From positions 352,001 to 416,000 of the forward strand of contig CAWEMM010000012.1 in the NCBI GenBank assembly GCA_963810095.1: a DNA stretch of 64,000 nt, read 5' to 3'. The notes beneath the pieces are model-generated. The model was not told the origin of the DNA. It saw nothing but the letters and a program-made list of their open reading frames with translations, and ran no database searches. Origin of the DNA: an uncultured Chloroflexia bacterium (GTDB lineage: Bacteria; Chloroflexota; Anaerolineae; CG2-30-64-16). Both the position numbers and the translations under genes were made by a program. Of the stretch, positions 1 through 13,632 are shown piece after piece (position 1 is the stretch's first letter; the number at the start of each line of letters is the position of its first letter).

Positions 1-1035
1 TCGAGGCTCGCCTCGGTCAAGCGGGTGGGGAAGGAATCGGCCGGAATCCAGTTGGAGCCTTTGGCGAAAATACGCACCCCGTTCACCACGAACTCGAAGG
101 ACCGCCCCCACTCGTCGGGCTCCTGCCGGAGCTCGAGCGTGCGCAGACCGATCTGGTAAGAACGACGATCGAGCGCGGCATTCGTAGGAACCGGGCCCGG
201 CGAGACCCGGTTTGTCAGCGCAACCTCGACGCGGTAAAGCGGCTGCTCGCCCAAACCGTTCGGCCACCACAGCTGCGGTTCTGCGACCTCGAGCGCAAGG
301 AAGCCGTCAGTAGGCGCGGGCAGGTCCCCACTGACGGATTGCGTCGCGCCGTCTGGCGCCGTGAGTGTGAGCGTGGCGGAGAGGCCGGTGGCCCAGTTCT
401 CGACTGTGATGCCGGCGGAGAGAGTCACCTTCCCGTCCCGGTGCGACTGGCGCAGATGCACGTCGGCCAGCCGAGCGGAGTACGCCTTCCAGCCGGATGT
501 CCTTCCAGATTCCGACGGGCGGCAGCTGCGGCCCCCAGTCCCAGCCAAACTGGCACGGCGCCTTGCGCACATGGGGGCCGCCCGGGATGGCCTGCGAGAC
601 GCCGAGAAGCTGGCGGACCTCTCCTTGTTCGGCGGCGTACTTCACCGACGACGCGAACGCGATCCGCAGCTCGTTCGCCTCAGCCTTGAGCCAGGGCTTT
701 ACGTCCCAGCGGTACTGGCGGAACATGTTGTCCGTGCGGCCCAACTCATGGCCGTTGAGAGTCACGGTCGCCAGGGTATCGAGCCCGTCGCAAACGAGCC
801 AAATGGCCGGCTGCTGCAGCAATCCCGGCGTCACTTCGAACTCGCGGCAATACTCCCAGTCGCTCTCGGCCACCCACTGCACCCGGCGCTCGTTGTCGCC
901 CACGAACGGGTCGGGAATGCGGCCCAGGGCCAGCAGGTCGGTGTGCACGCCGCCGGGGACGGTGGCGGGGAGCCATTCGGCCGCGCCACATTGGCGGAAC
1001 TGCCAGGCGCCGGACAATGATTGCTGGTTCGTCAT
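1..1035 (-). CDS. GH2 beta-mannosidase (N-terminal part; runs off the window edge; frameshift near 480)
   Basis: Motifs WLPATVPGGVHTDLL, GLDTLATVTLNG..G.TDNMF and RKAPCQFGWDWGP. The gene continues in another frame as LWWPNGLGEQPLY and FVVNGVRIFAKGSNWIPADSFPTR. GAGGA RBS precedes ATG at 1035. Confidence 0.9.
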
Positions 1036-1103
1036 GCGTCTCCTCAAAAACTGGCTGTGGAGCCCAGCGCCCTCAGGCGGCGCCCGCAGGCGGTTCCCTC
1101 AAC

Positions 1104-1958
1104 TCAACGCGGTCCAAATGGCTGCAAGGCGCGGTAATCCAGTAGAATGATGCCTTCCGCCTCGACAATCTCGGCGGCTTCCTGCGATACGAAGAAGTCG
1201 TAGTCGGCCTGGCGGGTGCGGTCCGCCCCCGGCTCAATCGCCAGCAACTCGGGCGTGTCAAGGCCCGGATGCACGGCCCACTCGCTCAGACCGGCGGGCA
1301 ACTCGTGCAGCAGCCGGGCATAATGAGCGGCTTTGGTCGCCGGGTGCAGCCCATAGCTGTCCAGCAGGTCGTGATCCGCGGTCGGAAACCCGCGGCCTTG
1401 CAGGGTCTCGATCCAGGGCCGGAAGCCCGCCCGCAGCGCAAGGCCGTACGCCCGTGCCAGCTTGAACATGACCTCGAGGATATCGGGCCGCTGCGCAATG
1501 CGCAGCGAGTGCCAGTCCAGGTGGGTGGGGTGCAAGCCGGCATCGAGCACGACTTCGATCTGCGCCCGGAACTCCCGTTCGAGCTCGTCCAGCCTGACGT
1601 GGGCCAGGAAATCCTGCATCTGGTCGAAGGTGGAAAAATAGCGCGCCCCATCGACCAGCGACGGCGACTTCTCCGCCCCGGTTAGGGGTCCCCAGCGGTA
1701 GTCGGCGCCATCGCCAATGGCAGTGAGATGAATCGCAAACGGTATCTCGGGATGGCCGGCAAGGAAGCGCGTCGGCGTGCAGCGACCAGGCGCAGGGGAC
1801 CATCAGGCTGGTCGACCGGACGACTTCCCTCCCAACGTGCCAATGATCGCTTCATTTACCCCGTGGCACATCCCGAAATCGTCCGCGTTGACGATCAAGA
1901 AGCGGGCATCGGCCGGATAACCCAGCAGCCGGTTCGTCAGGCCAGTCAACGCAGTCAT
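1104..1958 (-). CDS. ChbG/YdjC family carbohydrate deacetylase (frameshifted)
   Basis: LIVNADDFG (1803-1958 ORF), MVPC, EFRAQIE...HPTHLDWH and EWAVHPG motifs, spread over three frames. Confidence 0.85.
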
Positions 1959-1972
1959 GGTCTCGCCGCCGT

Positions 1973-2797
1973 TTAGACGGTCGAGAGATCCCACTCTTCG
2001 TGGATCTTCGGCACGTCGCTGATCAGGCGCCGGGTGTACGTCTCCTTCGGTCGCAGGATCACCTCGTCGGCCGTGCCGTGCTCGACAAACTTGCCCTTCT
2101 CCATGATGTACACGCTGTCGGATACGTAATACGCCAGCCCGATGTCATGGGTGATGAAGATCAGCGTCATGCCGGTCTCGTCGCGCAGCTTCAGCAGGTA
2201 ATCCAGGATGGTCGCGCGTGAGCACGCGTCGATCATCGAAGTAGGCTCGTCGGCAATCAGGATCTTGGGCTTGAGCAGGAAGATGCGGGCGATCATCAGG
2301 CGCTGCATCTGGCCGCCCGACAGCTCGAAGGGATACTTGTTAGTCATCTCCGCGAACTTCAGGTTGACGAAGCTGCACGCTTCGGTCATCAGCTCGATCT
2401 TCTTCTCTTTCGGCAGCCGTCCGCCCCCACGCATCCGGATGCAGTCGAGCAGCACAGCGTCGACCTTGTGAAAGGTGTTGTAGGCCGAGAACGGGTCCTG
2501 GAAAATCGCCTGGATGTTCTTCCAGTATTCCTGCTTTTTCTTGCCGGTGCTGATATCCCGCTTCTGCCCCTGGAAGAAGATCTCGCCCTCGGTCACGCTA
2601 ATCAGGCCGAGCAGCATCTTGGCCAGGGTCGTCTTGCCGCTGCCCGATTCGCCCACGATCGAGATGACTTCGCGCTCGTGAAACGCGAAATCGACGTGGT
2701 CGACGGCGACCGTTCGGGTGCGTCCGAAACCAAAAACCTTGGTGACGCCGGTCCCGCTCAGGCAGAGGTTCTTTTCCGGGGTCGTCTCAGTGGTCAT
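1973..2797 (-). CDS. Opp/Dpp-family ABC transporter ATP-binding protein (OppF-like)
   Basis: [26 protein letters not shown] motifs. Confidence 0.95.
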   Translation of the reverse strand: MTTETTPEKNLCLSGTGVTKVFGFGRTRTVAVDHVDFAFHEREVISIVGESGSGKTTLAKMLLGLISVTEGEIFFQGQKRDISTGKKKQEYWKNIQAIFQDPFSAYNTFHKVDAVLLDCIRMRGGGRLPKEKKIELMTEACSFVNLKFAEMTNKYPFELSGGQMQRLMIARIFLLKPKILIADEPTSMIDACSRATILDYLLKLRDETGMTLIFITHDIGLAYYVSDSVYIMEKGKFVEHGTADEVILRPKETYTRRLISDVPKIHEEWDLSTV

Positions 2798-3800
2798 GGC
2801 GGTAAGCCTCCCTCAGGTCCTTCTCGGTGAAGATGCAGCGGTACGCCCGGCCCAAGCCCGCATCGTAGAGGCCTACGCTGGTCACCTTGCATTCCGGCCG
2901 GACGTACTTGCAACGCTCGGCAAAACGGCAGCCGGCCGGCGGGTTTTTCAGGTTCGGCGGCACGCCGGGAATGGCCGTCAGCTTGGCCTCGCGTAGGCCG
3001 GCTTCCGGGCACGATGATCGAGCCCATCAGACCCTTTCGAGTATGGGTGAAGCGGGATCGAAGACAGCTTCTTTGGCGCCGGCCTGCTCCACGATCTGCC
3101 CCGCATACATGACCATAATGTCGTTGGTGACGTTGTACAGCAGCGGCAGCTCGTGGGTGATGAAGATCATGGACTTGATGAAGCCTTTTTCCATCGAGTC
3201 CTTCAGCATCTTGATCACCATCTTCTGCGAGGTCACGTCGAGCGCGGAGGAGGGCTCGTCGGCAATGAGCACCTTGGGCGAGAGGAACACCGCGATGGCG
3301 ATGACCGTGCGCTGCTTCATGCCGCCCGACAGCTCGACCGGGTACTTCTCCAGCACCTCTTTCGGCAGCCCCAGCGTCTCGAAGTTGGCACGCGCCATGT
3401 CGTAGATGTACTTCTTGTTCTCGGTCGGATCGTGCGCCAGCACGACGTCTTCGATGAAGTTGATGATCTTGCGCGTCGGGTTGAGCGCGTTCATCGCAGC
3501 CTGCGGGATGTAGGCGATCTCGGTCCCCAGCACCGTCTTGCGCACCTCGTCAGGCTTCATGTTGGTCGTGACGCGGCCGTCGATGATGATCTCGCCGCCC
3601 ATGTAGTGCAGCGGCTTGAAGTAATAGCTCATCAGGCTGAGCGCCAGCGTCGACTTGCCGCAGCCGGATTCGCCGGCAATGCCCAGCGACTTCCCCTCTT
3701 CGACCTTCAGCGACACGTGGTCCACCGCATACACGCTCTCGTTGTACCGCGTGACGTACTTGGTGGTGAGGTCCTTGACCTCGAGAATGACTTTGCCCAT
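2794..3800 (-). CDS. Opp/Dpp-family ABC transporter ATP-binding protein (OppD-like; frameshift near 3030)
   Basis: [22 protein letters not shown]. The C-terminal GCRFAERC region lies in another frame. GGAGGTGA RBS. Confidence 0.92.
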
Positions 3801-3820
3801 ACTCAATCACCTCCGTGGCG

Positions 3821-3872
3821 GCAGAAACCAGGTTTCTGCCTTGCCAGCCAGGCTGGCGTAACCTGGTTTCTT
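3821..3872. repeat. AGAAACC(A/G)GGTTTCT palindromic REP-like element
   Basis: GCAGAAACCAGGTTTCTGC...AACCTGGTTTCTT. A related copy is at 38045-38079. Confidence 0.7.
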
Positions 3873-5124
3873 ACTCCCGCAACGCAGGGTTGAATACCTG
3901 GTCGAGGCCGGTATTCATCAGGTTCATCGAGAACGTGATCAGCGCGATGGTCAGGAGGACGGGGAAAATGGCCCACCACTTGCCAAGGATGTGCGCCTGG
4001 TAGATCATCGCCCATTGCATCATCAGGCCCAGCGTCGGCACCTCGGTCGTCCTGGGTCCCAGCCCCAGGATCGCCAACCCGGCCTCGGCCAGGATCGCCG
4101 ACGACATCTGGAGGATCAGTGCCATGACGACGTACGACATGATGTAGGGCAGGATATCTGTCGCGATGATGCGCGGCAGCGAGTGTCCCGAGAGCTTGGA
4201 GAGGTTGACGTGGTCGCGATTGCGCAGGGAGAATACGGAGGCGCGCACTGAACGGGCGGTCCACATCCATGCGGTCAGCCCGATCACGACCGCAATCGTG
4301 ATGGCCCCGCGTTTATCCTGCCCGATGCTGAACGAGATCAGGATCAGCAGCACGAACGACGGGATGACGGTGAAAATGTTCGTGAAGAAGATGATGATGT
4401 CGTCGGCCAGGCCGCCCACATACCCCGCCACCAGGCCGAGTGTCAACCCGATCGAGGTGGCAATGAGCCCCGCGATCAAGCCCATCAGCAGCGATACGCC
4501 GGTCGCCCGGACCAACTGGGTCGCCACATCGCGGCCGAAGTTGTCCGTGCCCAGGGGCAAGATCCGCACGTTCGCAAGTTCGCTAACGTTCACGTAGTCG
4601 GTCGGCTTGACTTCGCCGGTTTTCTCCAGGGCGCCGACTCGTCTTATTCGTCGCGGCGATGACCGCGCTTCCGGGGGACAAAAGGCTCTGGATCGACGTG
4701 TTCAGTCGCTGATAATAGCGCGACTTCGCCAACGTCATCCCCGGAACCTGTTTCTTGGGGTCGTAGTTGGTCTTCCACAGCGCCAGCAGCTTCGCAGCAT
4801 CGGCGATGTCGATCTCGCCGTCCGCGATCCCCGCGGCGAGGAGCCACTCCCGCATGGCAGCCCGGTCATCCATCGTCAGCTTACTGGCGAGGCGCTTGGT
4901 GGCCGCGTCGTCGAGGTTCAGCGTGTACGTCGTCGGAGGGGGTGAGGCGTCGTACGCGCTGACGTAGATGCCGGGCGGGAAGAAGGTGCCCTGGGCAATG
5001 ATCTGCAGGGGCGAGTTCCGCACGAACAGCGGATACACGAAAACGATCAGCACCACTGCGACCAGGATCGTAAAGCCCACCACGAACTTGCCGGAGTGGA
5101 AAACCTGCGAAGGGTGTTTTTCAT
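3871..5124 (-). CDS. Opp-family ABC permease (OppC-like) with a large extracytoplasmic loop (frameshifted)
   Basis: [11 protein letters not shown] and [13 protein letters not shown] motifs. The N-terminal TM segment and soluble loop are in ORF 4583-5083. ATG at 5124. Confidence 0.88.
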
Positions 5125-5223
5125 AGCAGCAGTTTCCTCTGGCTCAGAGACCTGGAAGACCGCCCCGGCGGGCAAGTGGTGCAGCCGAGCACCCGCCGCA
5201 GCCGCGAGCGAACCCGCTTGCTC

Positions 5224-6230
5224 TCAGTCTGACTGGGTCGCCTTAATGCGCGGGTCGATAAAGCCGTACGCCAGCTCGAGCGACGAAGTTCGCGATCAGC
5301 ACCATCATCGTGACGATCAGCGCGGCCGCGGAGACCAGCGGATAATCCTGGCCCAGCACGGCGTCTCGAAGCGTGGTGCCAATGCCCGGGTAGCTGAAGA
5401 TGATCTCGGCAATCAGGGCGCCACCGATCATCGTGCCGAGCGCAAGCGCCAGGCCGGTGATCTGCGGGAGCATGGCGTTGCGGAACACGTAGCCCGCGAT
5501 CTTGCGGTCCTTGATGCCCATGAAACGGCTGAACCGCACATAGTCCGCGTTGAGTTCGTAGATCGACATCGAGCGCATGCCGATCGCATAGCCGCCGATG
5601 CCGATCAAGACGATCGACCAGAACGGCAGCTGGTAATGGATGAAGGCGGACTTGAGGAAGCCAGGTGTCAAGCTGGGAATCATGTCAAACCCATAGCCGC
5701 CCGAGGTTGGAAACCAATTAAGCTTGACGGCCAAGAAAACGAGCAGGATGATGGCCATGCCGAAGGCAGGGAAGCTGCTGATGAACAGCGCCGCGGGCAT
5801 CAGCACCTTGTCGAAAGTCCCCTTGATGTAGGCCGCCAGCGCGCCGAGGACGTTCCCGAGCGTCCAGCCGACGATGATTGCAGGAATCTGCAAGATGATC
5901 GTCCACCAAATGGAGGCTCCGAGAACCTGCGCCACGGTCCGGGGATATTGGCTGAACGAAAAACCGAAGTCGCCGTGCAGCACGTTCTTTACGTACATGA
6001 CGAACTGCTCGAGGATGGGCTTGTTTGTGCCGAAGAGCTTCGGTGTACTGCTGGTAGATCGCCTGGGCACCGATCGCGTTGCTCATGCCCTGCGCCTGCC
6101 TCGCGACGATGGCCGCCACCGGATCGCCGGGCATCAGGCGCGGCAGGATGAAGTTAAGCAGGAAGGCAAACACGAAGGTGATGGCAAACCAGCCCAGTTT
6201 GTTGAGGAAATAGCGTCGGTAGCCTTTCAA
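5224..6230 (-). CDS. Opp-family ABC permease (OppB-like; frameshifted)
   Basis: [32 protein letters not shown] and QDYPL motifs. Confidence 0.92.
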
Positions 6231-6269
6231 CCCAACACCCCCTGTGCGTTAGTTTCTGAGCCACCCCAG

Positions 6270-6387
6270 AAATAGGACGCAGATCACGCCGTCACCCGAG
6301 GTGCCGGCCGATGGGAGGGATTCGCACGAGCCTCGAGCGGACCGTGAGAACCCCACCCATCTGCGTCATCTGCGTCCTGTCCATTTT
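6270..6387. repeat. Palindromic intergenic element with GACGCAGAT / ATCTGCGTC arms
   Basis: GGACGCAGATCACGC...ATCTGCGTCATCTGCGTCC. Related half-elements lie near 13636, 18710 and 44929. Confidence 0.6.
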
Positions 6388-6401
6388 CAGAGCGCGAACC
6401 G

Positions 6402-8364
<1,963 letters not shown>

Positions 8365-8553
8365 GGTGACTTCTCTCCTAAGTGTGAGGTTAGAACAAAC
8401 AGTGCGCGGTGACGGAGTGGTCTTCTGGGCAGCGATTCACCTCCTCGTGATGCTTCTCGGGTAGAAAACGGGGTAATCCACGGCGCCGCGGTCGGGTGTC
8501 AGAAGCGACAGTTGCCGGAGTTCTGTGCCGCGACCTGGCATAGCAGTGAGGAA

Positions 8554-8582
8554 ATGGTAGCACGATTACGTTGGCCTGTCAA
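8554..8582 (-). promoter_or_regulatory. Sigma70-type promoter for the Opp operon
   Basis: Minus strand TTGACA-17 nt-TACCAT with an extended -10 TGn. Confidence 0.75.
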
Positions 8583-8598
8583 AATCGGCGAAAGGCCG

Positions 8599-8612
8599 TG
8601 GGAGCGTTCCCA
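8599..8612. promoter_or_regulatory. LacI-type operator (CelR/CebR-box-like)
   Basis: TGGGAGCGTTCCCA, one mismatch from the CelR/CebR palindrome TGGGAGCGCTCCCA. Confidence 0.65.
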
Positions 8613-8680
8613 CCGGCACCAGACGCGGTTGGCGGGGAGGCAGGGCCGCGACTCGGCGGAGTCAGTTTTTTCGAACCCTC

Positions 8681-8736
8681 TTGACAAGTGAACCGGCAAT
8701 ATGCTAGGATGACAGCGCTTTCAGAAAGCGCTTGCA
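8681..8736 (+). promoter_or_regulatory. Sigma70 promoter of lacI followed by two overlapping LacI-type operators
   Basis: TTGACA-18 nt-TAGGAT (extended TGn), then TGACAGCGCTTTCA (8710-8723) and AGAAAGCGCTTGCA (8723-8736). Confidence 0.75.
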
Positions 8737-8815
8737 GTCTCTTGCGGCCCTGCTCCCGCAGGTTGCAGAGACCTCGTGGTACCGCTCTTTCGTTGCTTCG
8801 GTTGACGGAGTCGGG

Positions 8816-9838
8816 ATGTCAGTGCCACTGCAAAAACGTGCTACCATCTCCGACGTAGCACGGTTGGCGGGTGTCTCCATTTCCACCGTGAGTCGAGTGG
8901 TAAATGGGAACGCGCCGGTGGCGGGCACGACAGTACAGCGCGTCCGCCACGCCATCGACTCACTCCACTACCTGCCTTCTTCAGCCGCTCGCTCTTTGGC
9001 CGGCCGGCGCACCAACACCATTGGACTCTACCTGCCCCAGGTCAGCGGCGGCTTTTTCGCGGCCCTCTTCCAGGGCGTGGAAAGCGGGGTTCGCACTGCG
9101 GGCTTCGACCTGTTGATCCACGCACATCCCCAGGCCCCCGACGGCGCAGCCCGCGTCAGCCTGCCCCTGGCCGAGCACAACACGGACGGCGTGCTCGTCT
9201 TTACCAGCGCCGTGCCCGACGCGACGATCGTCGCGCTCGCCGAGCGAGGCGTGCCGCTCGTGCTGCTGTTTCGCGCGGCCCCGCCCGGCGTCCTCGCCTC
9301 CAGCGTGGTCATCGAGAATGTCACCAGCGCCCGCGCACTGATCGACCATCTCATCGAGGTCCACGGACGTCGCCGGATTGCCCTGCTGCGCGGGCCCGAC
9401 GAGAACGAAGATTCCGAAGAACGGGTGCGCGGGTACCGCGCCTCGCTGGAAGCGCACGGCATACCCTATGACGACCGGCGCGTCGCGCGCGGCGACTTCC
9501 ACGGCGACCACGCCGGAGCAGCCGTGCAGGCCTGGCTGGATCGCGGGATCGAGTTCGATGCGCTCTTTGCGGGCGACGACGAGTCGGCCATGGGTGCGCT
9601 GCGCGTCCTGCGCGCGGCCGACCGCCGCGTGCCGGAAGACGTCGCGCTCGTCGGCTTCGACGATGTCCCCGTTGCGTCGTTGGTCGTGCCGCCGCTCACC
9701 ACAGTCCACGTGCCGATCGAGACTGCCGGCTTGCTGGCCGCGCAGTTGCTCGTCGAGTTGATCCAGACGGGGGAAGCCCCGAAGAACCGGGTGCTGCCCA
9801 CCGAAGTCGTGATCCGGCAGTCTTGCGGCTGTCCCTGA
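8816..9838 (+). CDS. LacI family transcriptional regulator
   Basis: TISDVARLAGVSISTVSRVVN HTH and the C-terminal VPEDVALVGFDD...PPLTTV motif. Confidence 0.96.
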   Translation: MSVPLQKRATISDVARLAGVSISTVSRVVNGNAPVAGTTVQRVRHAIDSLHYLPSSAARSLAGRRTNTIGLYLPQVSGGFFAALFQGVESGVRTAGFDLLIHAHPQAPDGAARVSLPLAEHNTDGVLVFTSAVPDATIVALAERGVPLVLLFRAAPPGVLASSVVIENVTSARALIDHLIEVHGRRRIALLRGPDENEDSEERVRGYRASLEAHGIPYDDRRVARGDFHGDHAGAAVQAWLDRGIEFDALFAGDDESAMGALRVLRAADRRVPEDVALVGFDDVPVASLVVPPLTTVHVPIETAGLLAAQLLVELIQTGEAPKNRVLPTEVVIRQSCGCP

Positions 9839-9984
9839 AGCCGCCCACCGGGCCTGCGGCCCCGCGCCCGTGCGCTGCCTGCAACTTTCCACACGCAGTG
9901 AAGGGAGGTGATCGTCAGCACGCCAGTACACGTTACGGCCGTTAATCTCGACGCCGGACGTTTCTATCACTTTATGAGGAAGAG

Positions 9985-10467
9985 ACCTGGGATGGGCCCA
10001 AGGCGCAGGATTGGGCGCGGCTGGGCAAGGCGGCCGACGAGTTCAAGATCATGGTCTATGATTACTCCAGCGGCGCCAGCAAGGCCGGCGAGATTGCACC
10101 CCTCGGCTGGGCCGGCGAGGTACTGACCTATGCTGCCACGCTCGTCCAGCCGGAGAAGACTTTCTTGGGCGTTCCGGTGTACGGTTACGACTGGACGGGG
10201 TCGGTGGGGCAACCGCTCGATTGGATCAAGGCAACCAAGATCGCGGGACAGCAAGGTGCAGAAATCAAGCGGAGCGAGTCAAACGAAGCCTGGTTCACGT
10301 ACAGCGACGGCAAGAACACGGTATACTTCAACGACGGGCTCACGATGCGAACCCGGCTCGAAACCCTGCTGGCGCGGCACCCTGACATCGCGGGGATCGC
10401 GCTGTGGCGGCTGGGCAACGAGGACCCGGCCAACTGGACTGCTATGCGGGATGCACTGGCGCGCTGA
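9985..10467 (+). pseudogene. C-terminal half of a GH18 (chitinase/YaaH-like) glycoside hydrolase, 5'-truncated
   Basis: WDGPKAQDWARLGKAADEFKIMVYDY, LGVPVYGYDW and GIALWRLGNEDP. In-frame TAA at 9943. The DxDxE catalytic half is absent. Confidence 0.75.
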
Positions 10468-10513
10468 GAAAACAGGTCCGTGGCAGAGACCCGGTCTGTC
10501 AAAGGGGGAACGT

Positions 10514-11811
10514 ATGAAAGTGGCGGTTTTCGGCGGCGGTTCAAGCTACACGCCGGAATTGGTCAAGGGGTTTCTGGATCGGGCCGAGAGCTTCCCCATG
10601 ACGGAGCTGTGGCTGGCCGACATTTCGCAGGAGCGGTTGGACATTGTCGGCGGGTTTGCCCGACGCATGGCCAAAGCTGCGGGCAGCCCGTTTGAGGTGC
10701 AACTGACGACAAACCAGCGGGCTGCCGTCGAGGGTGCGAGCTATGTCACGACGCAGCTACGAGTGGGGGGGATGGCCGCTCGCCGCGAGGACGAGTACCT
10801 GGGCAAGCGGCACGGGTTGATCGGGCAGGAAACGACGGGCGTGGGCGGCATGGCCAAAGCGCTCCGCACGATCCCTGTCATCCTTAGCATTGCCGCCGAC
10901 ATGCAAGAGCTGGCGCCCGGCGCGCTGCTGGTCAACTTCACCAACCCGGCCGGCCTGGTCACCGAAGCGCTGGCCCGCCATGCGCCGGGAGTGCCCGCGG
11001 TGGGCGTCTGCAATGTGCCCATCACGACGAAAATGCACATGCTGGAGTTGTTTGAGAAGCGCACCGGCCGCAAGCTCGACCCCGCGCTGGCCCAGTTGGA
11101 CACGCTCGGACTCAACCACCTCTCGTGGCACCGGGGCCTGAGCTACGACGGCGAAGACCTGTGGCCCGAGGTGTTCGCCGGCACGCTCGAGGGGTTGCGT
11201 GCCGAAGAACATCCTGCATGGGACCCGCACCTGCTGGAGATCCTCGGTATGGTGCCGAACTACTACCTGCAATACTTCTACTACACCGCTCACAAGCTGG
11301 CGGAGCAAGAGCAGTGGCCGCCGTCGCGCGCGGAGGCGGTCATGGCGATCGAGGGCGACCTGCTGCGCGAGTACGCTGACCCGAACCTCACCAGCCGCCC
11401 GCCGACCTGATGAAGCGCGGGGGCGCGTATTACTCCACCCTGGCGACCCAGCTGCTGAACGCCCACTACAACGACCTGGGCGAGGAGCACGTGGTCAACA
11501 CCGTCCATGCCGGCGCGGTGCCCGGCTGGCCCGATAACTGGGTGCTCGAGATGCCCGTGACGGTGAGCCGCGCCGGCGTGACGCCGCTGCCCGCCCTGCC
11601 GCTGCCCCAGGCGTGCTTTGGCCTCGTGGCTGCGGTCAAGTCATACGAAATCCTGACGGCCGAGGCGGCGGTGCGGGGCGACCGCGATCTCCTGTACCAG
11701 GCGCTGCTGGTCCACCCGCTCGGGCCCCAGGCCGGCGAGGTGGAAGCCGTCATGAACGACTTGCTGGAGATCAACCGGCACTATTTGCCCCGGTTCTGGA
11801 GGGCCTCGTGA
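10514..11811 (+). CDS. GH4 6-phospho-beta-glucosidase (ChbF/LicH-like; frameshift near 11400)
   Basis: GGGSSYTPEL, GQETTGVGG, NFTNPAG, GVCN, GLNHLSW, KRGGAYYS. Confidence 0.93.
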
Positions 11812-12822
11812 GCGGCGGCACTGAAGGGACGGGCGGCCGCGGCCGCCGCTGCTACCTGGGCGTGGACATCGGCGCGACGAAAAGCCACGCCGTCCTTGCC
11901 GACGAGACAGGCTGCGTGATCGGCGTGGGGCAGGCCGGCCCGGGCAACCACGAGGTCGTCGGATACGAGGGACTGCGCGAGGTGCTTGCGGAAATCGTCG
12001 GCCAGGCGCTGGCCGCGCGCGGGCCTGCGCAAGGCGGATATCGCGGGCGCAGGCTTCGGCGTTGCCGGCTACGACTGGCCCTCGGAACGGGCAGACACGC
12101 TCGCGGCCATCCACACGCTTGGGCTGGCGTGTCCGGTAGAGGCCGTCAACGACACCCTGATCGGCCTGCTGGCGGGCGCGTCGCAGGGCTGGGGCGTGGC
12201 AGTCGTCGCGGGCACCAGCAATAACTGCTGGGGCTGGAACGCGTCGCGCACCCGTGTGGGACACGTGACGGGCAACGGTTCGATGTTTGCCGAGTTCGGC
12301 GGTGCGTCAGAGCTCATGTGGAAGGCGCGGTCTGCCGTGGCCGCAGAGTACACCCGCCGGGGGCCCGCAACCGCGCTCACCCAGGCGTTCATGCGGATCG
12401 CCGGGGCGCCCTCCCTGGAAGACCTGCTCGATGGGCTGAGCCAGGGTCACTACCGGGTGGGGTCCGAATATGCGCCGCTCGTGTTTCAGTTGGCCGACTC
12501 GGGAGACGCCGTGGCCGACCAGTGCATCGCATGGGCAGGCCGGGAGCTGGGCAGCCTGGCGTGCGGCGTTATCCGGCAAGTCGGTATCGAGCACCTTGCG
12601 TTCGAGGTCGTGCTCGTGGGCAGCTTGTACCAGGGCGGCGAGCGCCTGATACGGCCCATGCGCGAGGCGATTCGGGAAGTCGCGCCAAAAGTGACGTTGG
12701 TCAAACTGGCCGCCCGACCGGTAGCGGGCGCGGTCGTGTTAGGCATGGCGCAGGCGGGGCTCGACGGATCTCAAATCCGCGAGCGGCTGCTGGAGAACAC
12801 GCGCGTCCACCTGGCAGGATGA
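11808..12822 (+). CDS. BadF/BadG/BcrA/BcrD (ASKHA) family sugar/GlcNAc kinase-like protein (frameshift near 12015)
   Basis: LGVDIGATKS, GPGN, GVAGYD, VND and VVAGTS motifs. GTGA overlap with the GH4 stop. Confidence 0.85.
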
Positions 12823-12852
12823 GTAAATTTGAGATTGAGGTATAGGTAAGGC

Positions 12853-13632
12853 ATGACCACAGATAACCAGGCGATCGACGAGCTGCAGGCGGCGCAGATG
12901 CGGCCGCTGCGCGAGATCTTGAAGTCGCAGGAGTGGCAGTCGTTTGCCAGTATGGGAACGCCCCAGCAGCGTGGCGTAGCGCCGCCGCCCCTCGAGAAGC
13001 CCGCTCCCCCCGACGCGCGACTGTTGGACCTCGTGCCGCCCGCTCAGTTCACGAGCGGCGCCATGCCGCTCGTCCAGGCGATCGGCAAGCGGCGCAGCCG
13101 GCGCACGTACACGGCGCATGCCCTGACGCTCGAAGAGCTGTCGTTCCTCCTGTGGGCGTGCCAGGGCATCGAGAAGGTGGCGAACAACATCCGGGCGTTC
13201 CGCACGGTGCCCTCGGCCGGCTGCCGGCATCCCTTCGAAACCTACGTCCTGGTGAATCGGGTGGAGGGGCTCGAGGCGGGACTGTACCGTTACCTGCCGG
13301 TCGAACACAAGCTGTGCCTGCTGCGGAATGACGAAGACGTTGCGCTGGAAATCCACGTCGCGAGCGAAGAACAGTACGTGCTCGAAAGCGCGGTCACCTT
13401 CGTCTGGACCGTCGTTCCCTACCGCACGGAGTGGCGTTACCTGCACCACTCCCACCGGGTGATCCTTATGGACATCGGGCACGCGTGCCAGAACCTCTAC
13501 CTAGCGGCCGAATCGATCGGCTGCGGCACGTGTGCGCTTGGCGCGTACCACCAGGAGAAAATGGACGCGGCGTTGGGCGTGGACGGCGAAGAGGAGTTCA
13601 CCGTCTACCTGGCGCCGGTCGGGCGAGTGTGA
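12853..13632 (+). CDS. Nitroreductase, SagB/ThcOx-type family
   Basis: RRSRRTY, RTVPSAGCRHPFETY, DIGHACQNLYLAA. Confidence 0.9.
   Translation: MTTDNQAIDELQAAQMRPLREILKSQEWQSFASMGTPQQRGVAPPPLEKPAPPDARLLDLVPPAQFTSGAMPLVQAIGKRRSRRTYTAHALTLEELSFLLWACQGIEKVANNIRAFRTVPSAGCRHPFETYVLVNRVEGLEAGLYRYLPVEHKLCLLRNDEDVALEIHVASEEQYVLESAVTFVWTVVPYRTEWRYLHHSHRVILMDIGHACQNLYLAAESIGCGTCALGAYHQEKMDAALGVDGEEEFTVYLAPVGRV

Noticed and set aside
12853-13632. RiPP (azole) biosynthetic cluster suggested by the SagB-type dehydrogenase
   Set aside because: No YcaO, E1-like protein or precursor peptide is nearby. Stand-alone members of this family are common.
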